This document shows positions 16,703 to 25,828 of a stretch of 64,000 bases of DNA, one piece after another. The translations under genes were made by a program, and so were the position numbers. The number at the start of each line of letters is the position of its first letter. Position 1 is the first letter of the stretch. Below the pieces are notes generated by a model. The model had not been told where the DNA came from, did not search any database, and saw only the letters and a list, made by a program, of their open reading frames with translations. The stretch comes from Vicinamibacterales bacterium (GTDB lineage Bacteria > Acidobacteriota > Vicinamibacteria > Vicinamibacterales > SCN-69-37), in NCBI GenBank assembly GCA_046597705.1, contig JBKJJZ010000510.1, forward strand, positions 699 through 64,698, in the 5' to 3' direction.

Positions 16703-18780
16703 ACTCGCGTACTCACGTTAGCCGCGTCATTGTTGGCGGCGCTCTTTTTCTGGCAGTGACCACGGTCTTCGCTCAGAATCCTCCGGTCGCGCCGCCTGCC
16801 GGCACCGCACCGCAGCAGCAGGGGCGCGGCGCCACCCCAACTGTCGGACAAATCCCGATTCCGCAGCCGTGCACGCCCGAGCAGATTGCAGCGGCCCAGG
16901 CGCCGGCCGACCCAGCCGCTGGCCGCGGTGGTCGTGGCGGTCGCGGCGGCGGCCCGGCCTGCCACATGCCCGATCCGCGCGAAGGCCTGAAGGCCGGCAA
17001 GTACGACGCCGGCGAGGCCGCGTTCAACATGAAGCTGGTCACCACGATGCGTCAGCCCGAGGGCATGTTCGATCCGAATGCCACAGGTCGCAGCCTCGAT
17101 TACGCCAATTCCGATATCGCCTTCGGCATGAACGGAAGGCTGGCGCTCCAAGGCAACTTTCACGGGTTGATCTTCTACAACATTGAGGACCCCGCGAAGA
17201 CCACGCTGCAGACGATCGTGGCTTGCCCCGGCGGCCAGGGCGATACTTCGATTTACGGCAACCTCGCGTTCATGTCCGTCGAGGGCTATGGACGGATCGA
17301 CTGTGGAGCGGAGGCCTCGCCGGCCGCGGCAGCGGCCGCGGCTCGCGGACGCGGAGCCGCGACGCCTCCCGCAGCGGGAGCGCCCGCTCCGACGGCTCCG
17401 GCCGCCGGACGCGGCGCGGCGCCTGCCGATCCGATGCGGATGTACGGCGTGCGGATTTTCGACATCTCGGATCCCCGGAAGCCGAAGCAGGTCGCGGCCG
17501 TGCAGACCTGCCGCGGCTCGCACACGCATTCGATCGTCACGGATCCCAACGACAAGCTGAACATCTACATCTACGTCTCCGGTAGCTCGGGTATTCGCTC
17601 GGCCGAGGAGAAGGCGGGCTGCGTCGCCGATCCGACTGCGCCGAACACATCGACCTACGGCATCGATGTGATCAAAGTGCCGCTCGCGCACCCGGAACAG
17701 GCCGCGGTGGTCAGCCACGCCTACATTTTCGCGGACGCCAACACCGGCCAGCTCGCCAGCCTCCACGGCCGTCGCCAGGGCACGGGCGAACCCAGCCCGA
17801 ACCCGACGTCCGGGTGCCACGACGTGACCAGCTATCCGTTCCACAATCTGCTGGGCGGCGCCTGCTCCGGCAACGGACTGTTGCTCGACACCAAGAATGT
17901 GACGAAACCCAAGCGCCTGGATGACGTGGCCGACCCCGCATTCGCGTTCTGGCACTCCGCGACGTTCAACAACGACGGCACGAAGCTGCTCTTCTCCGAC
18001 GAATGGGGCGGCGGCACGTCGCCAATGTGCCAGTCGATCCATCCGCCGATGTGGGGAGGCAACGCGATCTTCGACATTCAGGGAACCGGCGACAACCGGC
18101 GCATGAAGTTCGGCGGTTACTTCAAACCCGCCGCGTGGCAGACCGCGACCGAGAACTGCGTCGCGCACAACGGCAGCCTTGTCCCCGTTCCCGGGCGCGA
18201 CATCATGGCTCAGGCCTTCTATCAGGGCGGCGCCACGGTTTTCGATTTCACCAGCTCCGCCAACATCAAGGAAATCGCGTACTTCGATCGCGGTCCGATC
18301 GACGCGGACAACCTGGTCATCGGCGGCTACTGGTCGGTCTACTACTACAACGGGTTCCTCTACGGGTCCGAGATTGCGCGCGGCCTCGACATCTTCCAGT
18401 TGACGCCCAGTGAATTCCTCTCGCAGAACGAAATCGACGCGGCAAAGCTCGCCACGCGTGAGGGCTGTGGCGCATCTAATGATCTGAACGTGCAGTGCCA
18501 GCCGCACTACACCTGGCCGGCCAGCTACGTGGTCGCACGCGCGTATCTTGATCAGCTCGCGCGCGACAAGGCGCTGTCGCAGGAGCGCATCGACGCGCTC
18601 AACGCGGCCATGAAGGACGTCGAGGGCGGGACCGGCGCAAGCCGTACGGGCGCAGTTACGCGTCTGAACGGCCTGGCAGCCGCACTGGCGAAGGACGCCG
18701 CAGGCGCGATGGGCCTCAACGCCTCACGGATGAAGGCAGCCGCCTCGACGATTCAGAAGCGGAACCTGCAGCCGAAGTAA
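16693..18780 (+). CDS. Secreted beta-propeller protein, LVIVD-repeat-like
   Basis: Signal peptide. Motifs YGVRIFDISDPRKPK, GCHDVTSY, FWHSATFNNDGTKLLFSDEWGGG and GGYWSVYYYNGFLYGSEIARGLDIFQL. It overlaps the DUF305 stop, and an alternative ATG at 16699 would give an ATGA overlap. Confidence 0.6.
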   Translation: MEMNSRTHVSRVIVGGALFLAVTTVFAQNPPVAPPAGTAPQQQGRGATPTVGQIPIPQPCTPEQIAAAQAPADPAAGRGGRGGRGGGPACHMPDPREGLKAGKYDAGEAAFNMKLVTTMRQPEGMFDPNATGRSLDYANSDIAFGMNGRLALQGNFHGLIFYNIEDPAKTTLQTIVACPGGQGDTSIYGNLAFMSVEGYGRIDCGAEASPAAAAAAARGRGAATPPAAGAPAPTAPAAGRGAAPADPMRMYGVRIFDISDPRKPKQVAAVQTCRGSHTHSIVTDPNDKLNIYIYVSGSSGIRSAEEKAGCVADPTAPNTSTYGIDVIKVPLAHPEQAAVVSHAYIFADANTGQLASLHGRRQGTGEPSPNPTSGCHDVTSYPFHNLLGGACSGNGLLLDTKNVTKPKRLDDVADPAFAFWHSATFNNDGTKLLFSDEWGGGTSPMCQSIHPPMWGGNAIFDIQGTGDNRRMKFGGYFKPAAWQTATENCVAHNGSLVPVPGRDIMAQAFYQGGATVFDFTSSANIKEIAYFDRGPIDADNLVIGGYWSVYYYNGFLYGSEIARGLDIFQLTPSEFLSQNEIDAAKLATREGCGASNDLNVQCQPHYTWPASYVVARAYLDQLARDKALSQERIDALNAAMKDVEGGTGASRTGAVTRLNGLAAALAKDAAGAMGLNASRMKAAASTIQKRNLQPK

Positions 18781-18793
18781 AAGACTCCCGAGG

Positions 18794-19141
18794 TCAGTCC
18801 GCGCAGCCGGTCGCGATCGACAGCGCGCGGCACACCTCTCGGAGTTTCGCCGGGCCTAGATGGCCGACGCGTGTGGTGAGTCGCGATTGCTCCACGGTCT
18901 GAACGTGATCGAGGTTGATGGCCGAGTCGTGCTTCAGACCTTCGTCAGATCCAACGCGCACCTCGCTCGGTGCGCCGTAAATGGTCGATGTAATCGGCGC
19001 GACCATCACGGTGTGCAGCAATCCGATCACGTCCTGCCGGCTGATCACCAGCACCGGCCGCCGCTTGTCCGGCGGTTTGAAGGTGTAGTTCCAGATGTCT
19101 CCGCGCGCTATTTCCCGGGCCATGCGCCTTCGTCCGCCCAT
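18794..19141 (-). CDS. mazF: Type II toxin, PemK/MazF family endoribonuclease
   Basis: Motifs RGDIW, KRRPVLVISRQD, VMVAPITS, INLDHVQTV. An alternative ATG at 19123 is possible. Confidence 0.8.
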   Translation of the reverse strand: MGGRRRMAREIARGDIWNYTFKPPDKRRPVLVISRQDVIGLLHTVMVAPITSTIYGAPSEVRVGSDEGLKHDSAINLDHVQTVEQSRLTTRVGHLGPAKLREVCRALSIATGCAD

Positions 19142-19344
19142 CCGGTCAATTCGCGATCAAGGGTGGCCCGCCCGGTGCCGTAAGCCCGCTGGTACGCCTC
19201 GGCGGTGCGCGTGACCCTGCGCCGCTGGAGGTACTCGGCCGCCGCGCGTCGCAAGACCGCCGATCGGCCTGTTTGACGCACCTCCTCGTCTGCGTCGAGG
19301 CGCCGTAGCAACGCTTCGTCGAACATGACCTGTATAGGTTTCAT
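19108..19344 (-). CDS. Ribbon-helix-helix (CopG/MazE-like) antitoxin
   Basis: 78 aa. MKPIQVMFDEALLRRLD...GRSAVLRRAAAEYL is an RHH pattern. The 3' end overlaps the toxin gene. Confidence 0.7.
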   Translation of the reverse strand: MKPIQVMFDEALLRRLDADEEVRQTGRSAVLRRAAAEYLQRRRVTRTAEAYQRAYGTGRATLDRELTGWADEGAWPGK

Positions 19345-19374
19345 GTGGATATTTTATCACTACCAAATCCACAT
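19343..19374. promoter_or_regulatory. Perfect 8-bp inverted repeat ATGTGGAT-N16-ATCCACAT overlapping the antitoxin start codon; candidate TA operator
   Basis: The sequence is atgtggatattttatcactaccaaatccacat, and it sits in a locally AT-rich stretch. Confidence 0.45.
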
Positions 19375-19427
19375 TGCAGGAGACTCTTCGGGGGGCCGGA
19401 CCTCCAGGTCCGGTGCTCTACGTTTAC

Positions 19428-22098
19428 TTACTCCGCGAGCGTCAGTGAAGGCTGCACCCGCGCGGCTCGTCGCGCGGGCACATAACACCCCACGAACGTC
19501 GTCAGCAGGAGCAGGGCGGTGGCCGTGCCGAGTGTGGCCGGATCATAAGGACGCACCGAGTAGATCAGCGACTGCAGGACGCGCACGGCAAGCAGAGAGA
19601 CGGCCAGCCCGGCCGCCAGACCGATTGCCACCATCGTCGTGCCTTGACGCAGGACGAGCCAGAGAATGCTCGAGCCGCTCGCACCAAGCGCGACCCGGGT
19701 GCCGAATTCGCGCATGCGTTGTCGGACGGCGTACGACAGCACGCCGTAGACGCCAATGGTGGCCAGCGTCAGCGCGATGATGCCGAAGACGCCGAGCAGC
19801 CACATCAACAGGCGGGTCGAACCTGCCGACTCCTCGGCGATGTCGTCCAGCGACTCTCCGGGCTCGATGCGCGCGTTCGGCTCGATGCCACGGATCGCTC
19901 GGCGAACCTCGGCGAACGAAGTGGCGTCGCCGTTGCGGCTCCGAAGGAAGAACGTGGTCGCCGTTCCCTGCCCTTGTTCGAATGGCAGGTACATGTCGGC
20001 TCGGGGAGATTCGGTCAGCGCTCCCCGCCGGATGTCGCCCACGACGCCGATGATCTGCGCATCGCCATCGTTCACTTTCACGCGATGACCCACGGCCTGC
20101 TCACCCGCGTCGAAGAACTTCTGCGCGACGCTCTCGCTGATGACGACCACGGGCGGGCCCGTCGCATCCTGCGGTGTGAACACCCGGCCGGCTTTGACGG
20201 GAATGTGCAGCGCGGCAAAGTACCCTCCAGACGCCACCTGCCATCCGATGTCCGGTGCACGTTGCCCGGCAGCCAGCGGCCTGTCCGTACGGACGAACGG
20301 CACGGTCCAGTTGTTGCCCGTCAGCGGCACGACTGCCGCGGTGCCTACGGAATCGACGCCGGCGATTGCGCCCAGGGCCGGCATGAGCCGGTCATAGAAC
20401 GCCTTACGTGCCGGCGCCTGGCTGTAGCGGCCAGCCGGCAGCGACATGCCGACCACCGTCACACCGCGTCGATCGAATCCGGCGTCCACCCCGAGCAGTG
20501 CCGCGAACGACCGCAGGATCAAACCGGCGCCGACGAGCAGAATCACCGCGAGCGCCACTTCGACGACGACCATTGTGGAGGCCGTGCGCCTGGCGGCCCT
20601 CGACATCGATTGCCGCGTGCGCGACGTCAGCGCGCGGGCAGCGCCCTGGCCGTCGGAGTAACTGGCCGCGAAGAGGCTGAAGCCGACGGCGGCGACAAAC
20701 GACACGAGCAACGCAAAGCCAAGCACTGTGAGGTTCACGCCGACATCGGCGAGCGCAGGCACGGACACTGACTCGGGCACGAGCGTGACCAGCGCCGATG
20801 TGCACGAGCGTGACCAGCGCCGATGTGCCCCAGTGCGCGAAGAGCAATCCCACGATGCCGGACGTGACGGCCAGCAGCAGGTTCTCTGCCAGCAACTGGC
20901 CGAACAGCCGCGATCGCTCTGCGCCCAGCGCCACACGCAACGCCAGTTCGCCGCGTCTTGCCGTCGCGCGCACCAGCAGCAGGTTGCCGACGTTCACGAA
21001 CGCGATCAGCAGCACGACTGATACCGCGCTCATGAGCAACAGGAGCGGTTGCCGTGCATCGCCCACGAGCGCGTCCCGCACGGAGACGCCGAAGTATTCG
21101 GTGCCTTCGTTCGTCGCCGGGAACTCCACCGACAGTTGCGACGACAGCGCCTTCAGTTCGCTCACGGCGCCTTCCAGCGTTACGTTCGGTTTCAGCCGCG
21201 CCGCCCCGAGGATCCACGCGCCGGTCGATCGCGGCACAGGCGGGATACTCGGCGGAGTAAACGGCAGAATCACGTCCACGTGTGTCGCCGGCGGGAACTT
21301 GAAGTTCGGCGGTGCGACACCCACAATCTGTCGCGGCGTGGTGCCGAACGTGAACGTGCGCCCGAGGACGTTGTCGTCCGAGTCGAACTGCTTCTGCCAG
21401 AACTCGTACCCGAGTACGGCGACGGGCGCCGCGCCGAGTCGGCAATCGTCCGGCGTCACCCCGCGGCCCAGGTGTGGCTGCACGCTGGTGATGTCGAATA
21501 GCGCAGGTCCCGCCGCCAGAGCATAGGCGTCCACGGGTTCCGGGAAGCCGTACAGCGTGGTGCGTCCAGAGTTGTACGGCAACACAGCCTCGAAGCTCTG
21601 TTGCCGCGCGATGATGTCGTTCAGATCCGTAGAGCCGACGTTGCTCTTCGTCAGGCCGGTCCGCAGATCGTGGTGCCGCAGCAGCACGACGCGCTCGGCC
21701 GACGGGTAGGGGAGCGGCCGCAGCAACACCGCCTCGATGACGGAGAAGACAGCGGCGCTGGCGCCGATGCCGAGCGCGAGTGTCAACAACGCGGGCAGGG
21801 TGAAGGCCGGCTCGCGCACGAGCGCACGCAGGGCATAGCGAAACTGATCGAGCACGAGGCCACCTCTGTTGATTCGAGAATCGGGGACTGGCGGATGCCA
21901 TCGCAACCACCACGCGTGACGAACGGCGATGGCGAGCCGGCGCGCGGCCAGCTTGCGCCACGTCGCCGGGGCCATCTGATGCAGATGCACGAACTCGGCG
22001 TGCCACTCGTCGCGCCATTTCGCGCGGTCGCGTTTCGGCACGAGCGTCGCGGCCGCGTCTAGGCCCATGCGTAGCGGCCACGGCAGTTGATCGCCCAC
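19428..22098 (-). pseudogene. ADOP-family duplicated MacB/FtsX permease, frameshifted by a 25-bp tandem duplication
   Basis: ORF 20404..22098 carries the N-terminal prefix, the first MacB domain and the start of FtsX, ending ...FAHWGTSALVTLV. ORF 19428..20936 continues in another frame from ...TSALVTLVPESVSVPALADVG... through the second half. Removing one 25-bp copy fuses them into a ~881-aa protein. Confidence 0.85.
20777..20826. repeat. Perfect direct tandem duplication, 2 x 25 bp (GCACGAGCGTGACCAGCGCCGATGT)
   Basis: Read directly from the sequence: 20777-20801 is identical to 20802-20826. 25 is not a multiple of 3. Confidence 0.95.
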
Positions 22099-22413
22099 CT
22101 ATCGCTCGCTCCGTCGCGGCTTGCGAGACTTGACGAGGGCCATCGCGTGCATGCGCGACAGGGTTTCGTTCAGCGCACTTACACCGGCCGGCGTGAGCGC
22201 GTAGTACCGCCGCGGCGGCCGGCGCTCCTGACGCGCCACCTCAACGCCTTCCCAATCGGATGACAGGAGCCCGTCGCGTTCCATGCGCGTCAGTGCCGGA
22301 TAAACGGTGCCGCCCGGCGCGCCGCAGACGTCGATGATCTCGAACCCGTGCCGCGCGCCATTCGCGATGGCGTGCATCACGGCGACGCTCGTCACAGTCA
22401 GCTGTCTCGTCAT
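22099..22413 (-). CDS. PadR family transcriptional regulator
   Basis: VMHAIANGARHGFEIIDV...GTVYPALTRMERDGLL...YYALTPAG. Its stop directly abuts the permease start at 22098. Confidence 0.85.
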   Translation of the reverse strand: MTRQLTVTSVAVMHAIANGARHGFEIIDVCGAPGGTVYPALTRMERDGLLSSDWEGVEVARQERRPPRRYYALTPAGVSALNETLSRMHAMALVKSRKPRRSER

Positions 22414-22516
22414 TCTATATAGATAGATATTCTAACTAGCCAGGCGAACGCAACCCGTCCGGTTCCGGCCGGACCGAAGTGGTCGCGCCCGAGACGATGA
22501 CTATACTTGCCACGCA

Positions 22517-24058
22517 GTGACACCGGACCCCGGCCCCTTCGACTCGCGTTTGGCTCGCTCAGGGCAGGCTCTGGATGTCCTCGTTATCGGCGCCGGACCA
22601 GCAGGGTGCGCCGCCGCAACCGTGCTTGCGCAATGCGGCCATCGCGTTCTACTGGTCGATCGCCCATCCAACAGTCGACCGGCCCTTGCCGAATCGATCC
22701 CTCCAAGCGCGCGGCGCATTCTCGTGACCCTCGGGATGAAGAACGCCGTGGATGCCGCGGGCTTCCATCCCTGGCTGGGTAATACCGTCTGGTGGGGCAG
22801 CGCGGATGCGCGAGTGGAGTCTTTCGCGTCCGGCGACGTGGGCTATCAGGTGGAACGCGATCGTTTCGATGCGGTGCTGCGCGGCGTGGCCTTAAACGCC
22901 GGAGCCGAAGTAAGCGCCGGCGTCGTTCGCGACGTCACGATCCTCGGCCTCGACCCGTCGTTCTCGGAAACCTCGGTTGCCGCCCTCGTCGAAGCAACGG
23001 GAACAGCGATAGAGGTCACCGCGAAGATCGTCCTCGATTGTTCGGGCCGCGCGGGAGTCGTCGCGCGCAAAGGCTTTCGCGTGATCGAGGCATCACACCG
23101 AACGGTGGCGCTTGTGGGAGTGTGGCGCGCCGATGCCGCGTGGCCAGCCGGGCAACGTGGACACACTCTGGTTGCCTCGCATGCGGACGGCTGGGCGTGG
23201 TCCGTGCCGACGGCAGAGGACACGCGCTATGTCACTGTGATGGTGGATCCCGAGCGGAGCCACCTTTCACGCGGGGTGCCTTCGATTGATGTCTACCTCG
23301 CCGAACTCAGGAAGGTCCACGCGTTCGTGCCGCTGCTGGAACAGGCTGCTCTGATCGATGGGCCGTGGGGCGCTGATGCCTCGCTCTACAGCACCGAGCA
23401 TTACGCGGGCCCGGGCTTCCTGCTCGTGGGCGATGCCGCGTCGTTCATCGATCCGCTGTCGTCCTTCGGGGTGAAGAAGGCGCTCGCCTCCGGATGGCTG
23501 GCGGCCATCGCCGCGAACACGATTCTGAAGGCGCCCGACATGCGCGATGAGGCGCTGACATTCTACGCACGCCGCGAGCGCGCGGTTGTTGACAGCTTCC
23601 GCCAGCAGACCGCTCGATACGCCGCTGACACCATCAAGACATCCGGCCATCCGTTCTGGGAGGCGCGCGTGGATCGATTTGCCGACTTGGCGCCCCTGAA
23701 GGGACGTTCTACGCACGCCGAGGACGACTCCGTCCTCGCCGCCCTCGACGACATCCGTCGTCGCCCCGAGATCCACCTTGAGCGAAGTGACTGCGTGAGC
23801 ACAGGTCCTCGTGCCGCGATTCGAGGGCAGTTGATAGTGATGGAGGACCATCTATTCCTGCCGGCGTGGCCCGAGGGCATCCGCTACCTTCGCAATATCG
23901 ATCTCTTGATGCTGTTGCGGCTGGCACCCGACCATCGAGACGTCGGTGCCCTCTATGACGCGCTGTTCCAGGCACAGCCGGGTGTATCGTTACCGGACTT
24001 TCTCGGGGCCCTTTCGACGATGATCGCGCGAGGGGCCTTGAAACACACCGACACGTAG
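22517..24058 (+). CDS. qhpG: FAD-dependent monooxygenase, QhpG-like (Trp hydroxylation of QhpC)
   Basis: GxGxxG motif DVLVIGAGPAGCAAA, halogenase/monooxygenase-like fold signatures LVGDAASFIDPLSSFGV, and a position immediately upstream of qhpA-D-C-B. Confidence 0.7.
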   Translation: MTPDPGPFDSRLARSGQALDVLVIGAGPAGCAAATVLAQCGHRVLLVDRPSNSRPALAESIPPSARRILVTLGMKNAVDAAGFHPWLGNTVWWGSADARVESFASGDVGYQVERDRFDAVLRGVALNAGAEVSAGVVRDVTILGLDPSFSETSVAALVEATGTAIEVTAKIVLDCSGRAGVVARKGFRVIEASHRTVALVGVWRADAAWPAGQRGHTLVASHADGWAWSVPTAEDTRYVTVMVDPERSHLSRGVPSIDVYLAELRKVHAFVPLLEQAALIDGPWGADASLYSTEHYAGPGFLLVGDAASFIDPLSSFGVKKALASGWLAAIAANTILKAPDMRDEALTFYARRERAVVDSFRQQTARYAADTIKTSGHPFWEARVDRFADLAPLKGRSTHAEDDSVLAALDDIRRRPEIHLERSDCVSTGPRAAIRGQLIVMEDHLFLPAWPEGIRYLRNIDLLMLLRLAPDHRDVGALYDALFQAQPGVSLPDFLGALSTMIARGALKHTDT

Positions 24059-24083
24059 GGCGTGGCTTCAGCCGCGCCAAATG
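24052..24083 (+). repeat. REP-like hairpin, type-2 stem variant (GGCGTGGC/GCCGCGCC)
   Basis: cacgtagggcgtggcttcagccgcgccaaatg overlaps the qhpG stop codon and lies in the qhpG-qhpA spacer. Confidence 0.85.
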
Positions 24084-24103
24084 TGAGAAACTTCTGTCTC
24101 CAT

Positions 24104-25828
24104 ATGAAGCGTCTGTTGCTTTTGACACTCGGTGTCCTGACCCTCAGCACCGCGTTGGCCGCACGCATTCAGCAGGCGGCGACACCGCCCGCGGTGCCTA
24201 ACCAGCCCGGCGCGACACCCGACGAAGGCATCCCGATCACCAACGCGAAGGTGAAGACCGTGTGCGGCGACTGTCACAAGTCCGACGACAAGGGCCGCAT
24301 GTCGCGCATCTCGTATCGGCGCACGACGCCGGAAGGGTGGCAGGAAACGATCCGCCGCATGGTCACGCTCAACAAGGCCGAAATTGAACCGGCCGACGCG
24401 CGTGAAATCGTCAAGTACCTCTCGGACACGCTTGGCCTTGCGCCAGAGGAGACGAAGCCCGCGTACTTCGAGAGCGAGCGCCGCCTGATTGATTTCAAGT
24501 ACACGGCCAATAACGACACCGAGAACATCTGCGCCAGCTGCCACTCGATGGGCCGCGTGATGCTGCAGCGACGCACCGGCAAGGAATGGGACCTGGTCGT
24601 CGCCATGCATCGAGGCTGGTATCCGCTGGTCGATGGGCAGGTGTTCCGCCGCGGCGGGCCGGCCGGCACCGAGCCCGGTCCCGATGGTCGTCCACCCGAC
24701 AACCGTCATCCGATGGACAAGGCGCTCGCCCACCTCAAGCCCACGTTCCCTTTCACCACGCCCGACTGGACGTCATGGTCCGCCACCATGCGCAGCCCGC
24801 GCCTCGAGGGTTCGTGGCTGCTGAGTGGCTACGATCCTGGCGCCGGACCAATCTTCGGGACGGTGACGCTGAAGGCGAACCCGTCGGTGCCGGATGAGTT
24901 CACCACCGAGACCACGTATCAGTATGCGAGGTCGGGTCGCACGGTGACGCGCACTGGCCGGTCCGTGGTCTACACGGGGCACCAATGGCGTGGACGCACC
25001 ATGGTGAATGGCGATGCGGCCACGTCGCTGCGGGAAGTGATGGAAGTGGAGCGCGACTGGCAGTCCATGTCAGGCCGCTGGTTCAACGGCGACTACGACG
25101 AGCTTGGTCCCGACGTAACACTCACGCGAATTGCGAGTGCGCCGGTCGTGGCGGGCCTCGACAGGCCGTCTGCCCGTCGTGGCGGCACGGCACAAACGCT
25201 TCGCATCTTCGGCGCGAACTTCCCGTCTGGCATCGCGGCACGCGATGTGGACTTCGGCCCCGGAGTCACCGTCTCTCGCGTCGTCAATGCCACTCCCACG
25301 ATGGTCACGGTTGAGGTTGACGTGACGCAGACAGCAGCCGTCGGAGCGCGCGATCTCTTCCTGGCCGGCATGCTTCGCAAGGGCGCGCTGACGGTCTACG
25401 ACAAGGTGGATTTCATCAAGGTGACGCCGAGCTGGAACATGGCACGCGTGGGCGGCGTGGTCTTCCCGAAGATGGTGTCCCAGTTCGAAGCGTTTGCGTT
25501 TTCGATGGGACCTGACGGCAAGCCCGACACCAAAGACGACCTGCCGATCGGCCCCGTTGACGCCGCGTGGTCCGTCGAGGAATACACCGCGACGTTTGAT
25601 GATGACGACATGAAGTTTGTGGGTGAGGTCAATCCCTCAACCGGATTGTTCACGCCGGCACTGGACGGACCGAACCCCGCGCGGTCCGGCAACCGGAACA
25701 ACATCGGGGATGTGTGGGTGGTGGCGACTCACAAGGGAGCGGATGGCGCGCCGATGCGCGCGCGTGCGCATCTGGTGGTGACCGTGCCGCTCTATCTGCG
25801 GTGGGATTTTTCAACGGTGAACCGGTGA
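24104..25828 (+). CDS. qhpA: Quinohemoprotein amine dehydrogenase alpha subunit (di-haem cytochrome c)
   Basis: Signal peptide MKRLLLLTLGVLTLSTALA. Two CxxCH motifs (CGDCH, CASCH) sit in the characteristic N-terminal domain (RISYRRTTPEGWQETIRRM; GKEWDLVVAMHRGWYP). ~575 aa. ATG 24104 was chosen over GTG 24062, which lies in the REP element. Confidence 0.85.
   Translation: MKRLLLLTLGVLTLSTALAARIQQAATPPAVPNQPGATPDEGIPITNAKVKTVCGDCHKSDDKGRMSRISYRRTTPEGWQETIRRMVTLNKAEIEPADAREIVKYLSDTLGLAPEETKPAYFESERRLIDFKYTANNDTENICASCHSMGRVMLQRRTGKEWDLVVAMHRGWYPLVDGQVFRRGGPAGTEPGPDGRPPDNRHPMDKALAHLKPTFPFTTPDWTSWSATMRSPRLEGSWLLSGYDPGAGPIFGTVTLKANPSVPDEFTTETTYQYARSGRTVTRTGRSVVYTGHQWRGRTMVNGDAATSLREVMEVERDWQSMSGRWFNGDYDELGPDVTLTRIASAPVVAGLDRPSARRGGTAQTLRIFGANFPSGIAARDVDFGPGVTVSRVVNATPTMVTVEVDVTQTAAVGARDLFLAGMLRKGALTVYDKVDFIKVTPSWNMARVGGVVFPKMVSQFEAFAFSMGPDGKPDTKDDLPIGPVDAAWSVEEYTATFDDDDMKFVGEVNPSTGLFTPALDGPNPARSGNRNNIGDVWVVATHKGADGAPMRARAHLVVTVPLYLRWDFSTVNR

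Noticed and set aside
16642-18507. 621-aa ORF on the minus strand
   Set aside because: It is antisense to the LVIVD-like propeller gene, which has clear motifs and a signal peptide. The translation is Arg/Gly/Ala-rich and low-complexity, as expected from GC-rich antisense frames.
19395-19413. Hairpin ggccggacc-tcca-ggtccggtg downstream of the broken permease gene as a terminator
   Set aside because: The stem is only 7-8 bp and no U-tract follows on the relevant strand. It is too weak to call.
19428-22098. Two separate overlapping permease genes (19428..20936 and 20404..22098)
   Set aside because: The overlap is created by a 25-bp tandem duplication, and each ORF is permease-like only on one side of it. 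I interpret this as one frameshifted gene.
8898-22413. Inverted PadR-permease pairs as ends of a composite mobile element
   Set aside because: There is no transposase, integrase or terminal inverted repeats. ADOP/PadR pairs are simply highly paralogous in this type of genome.
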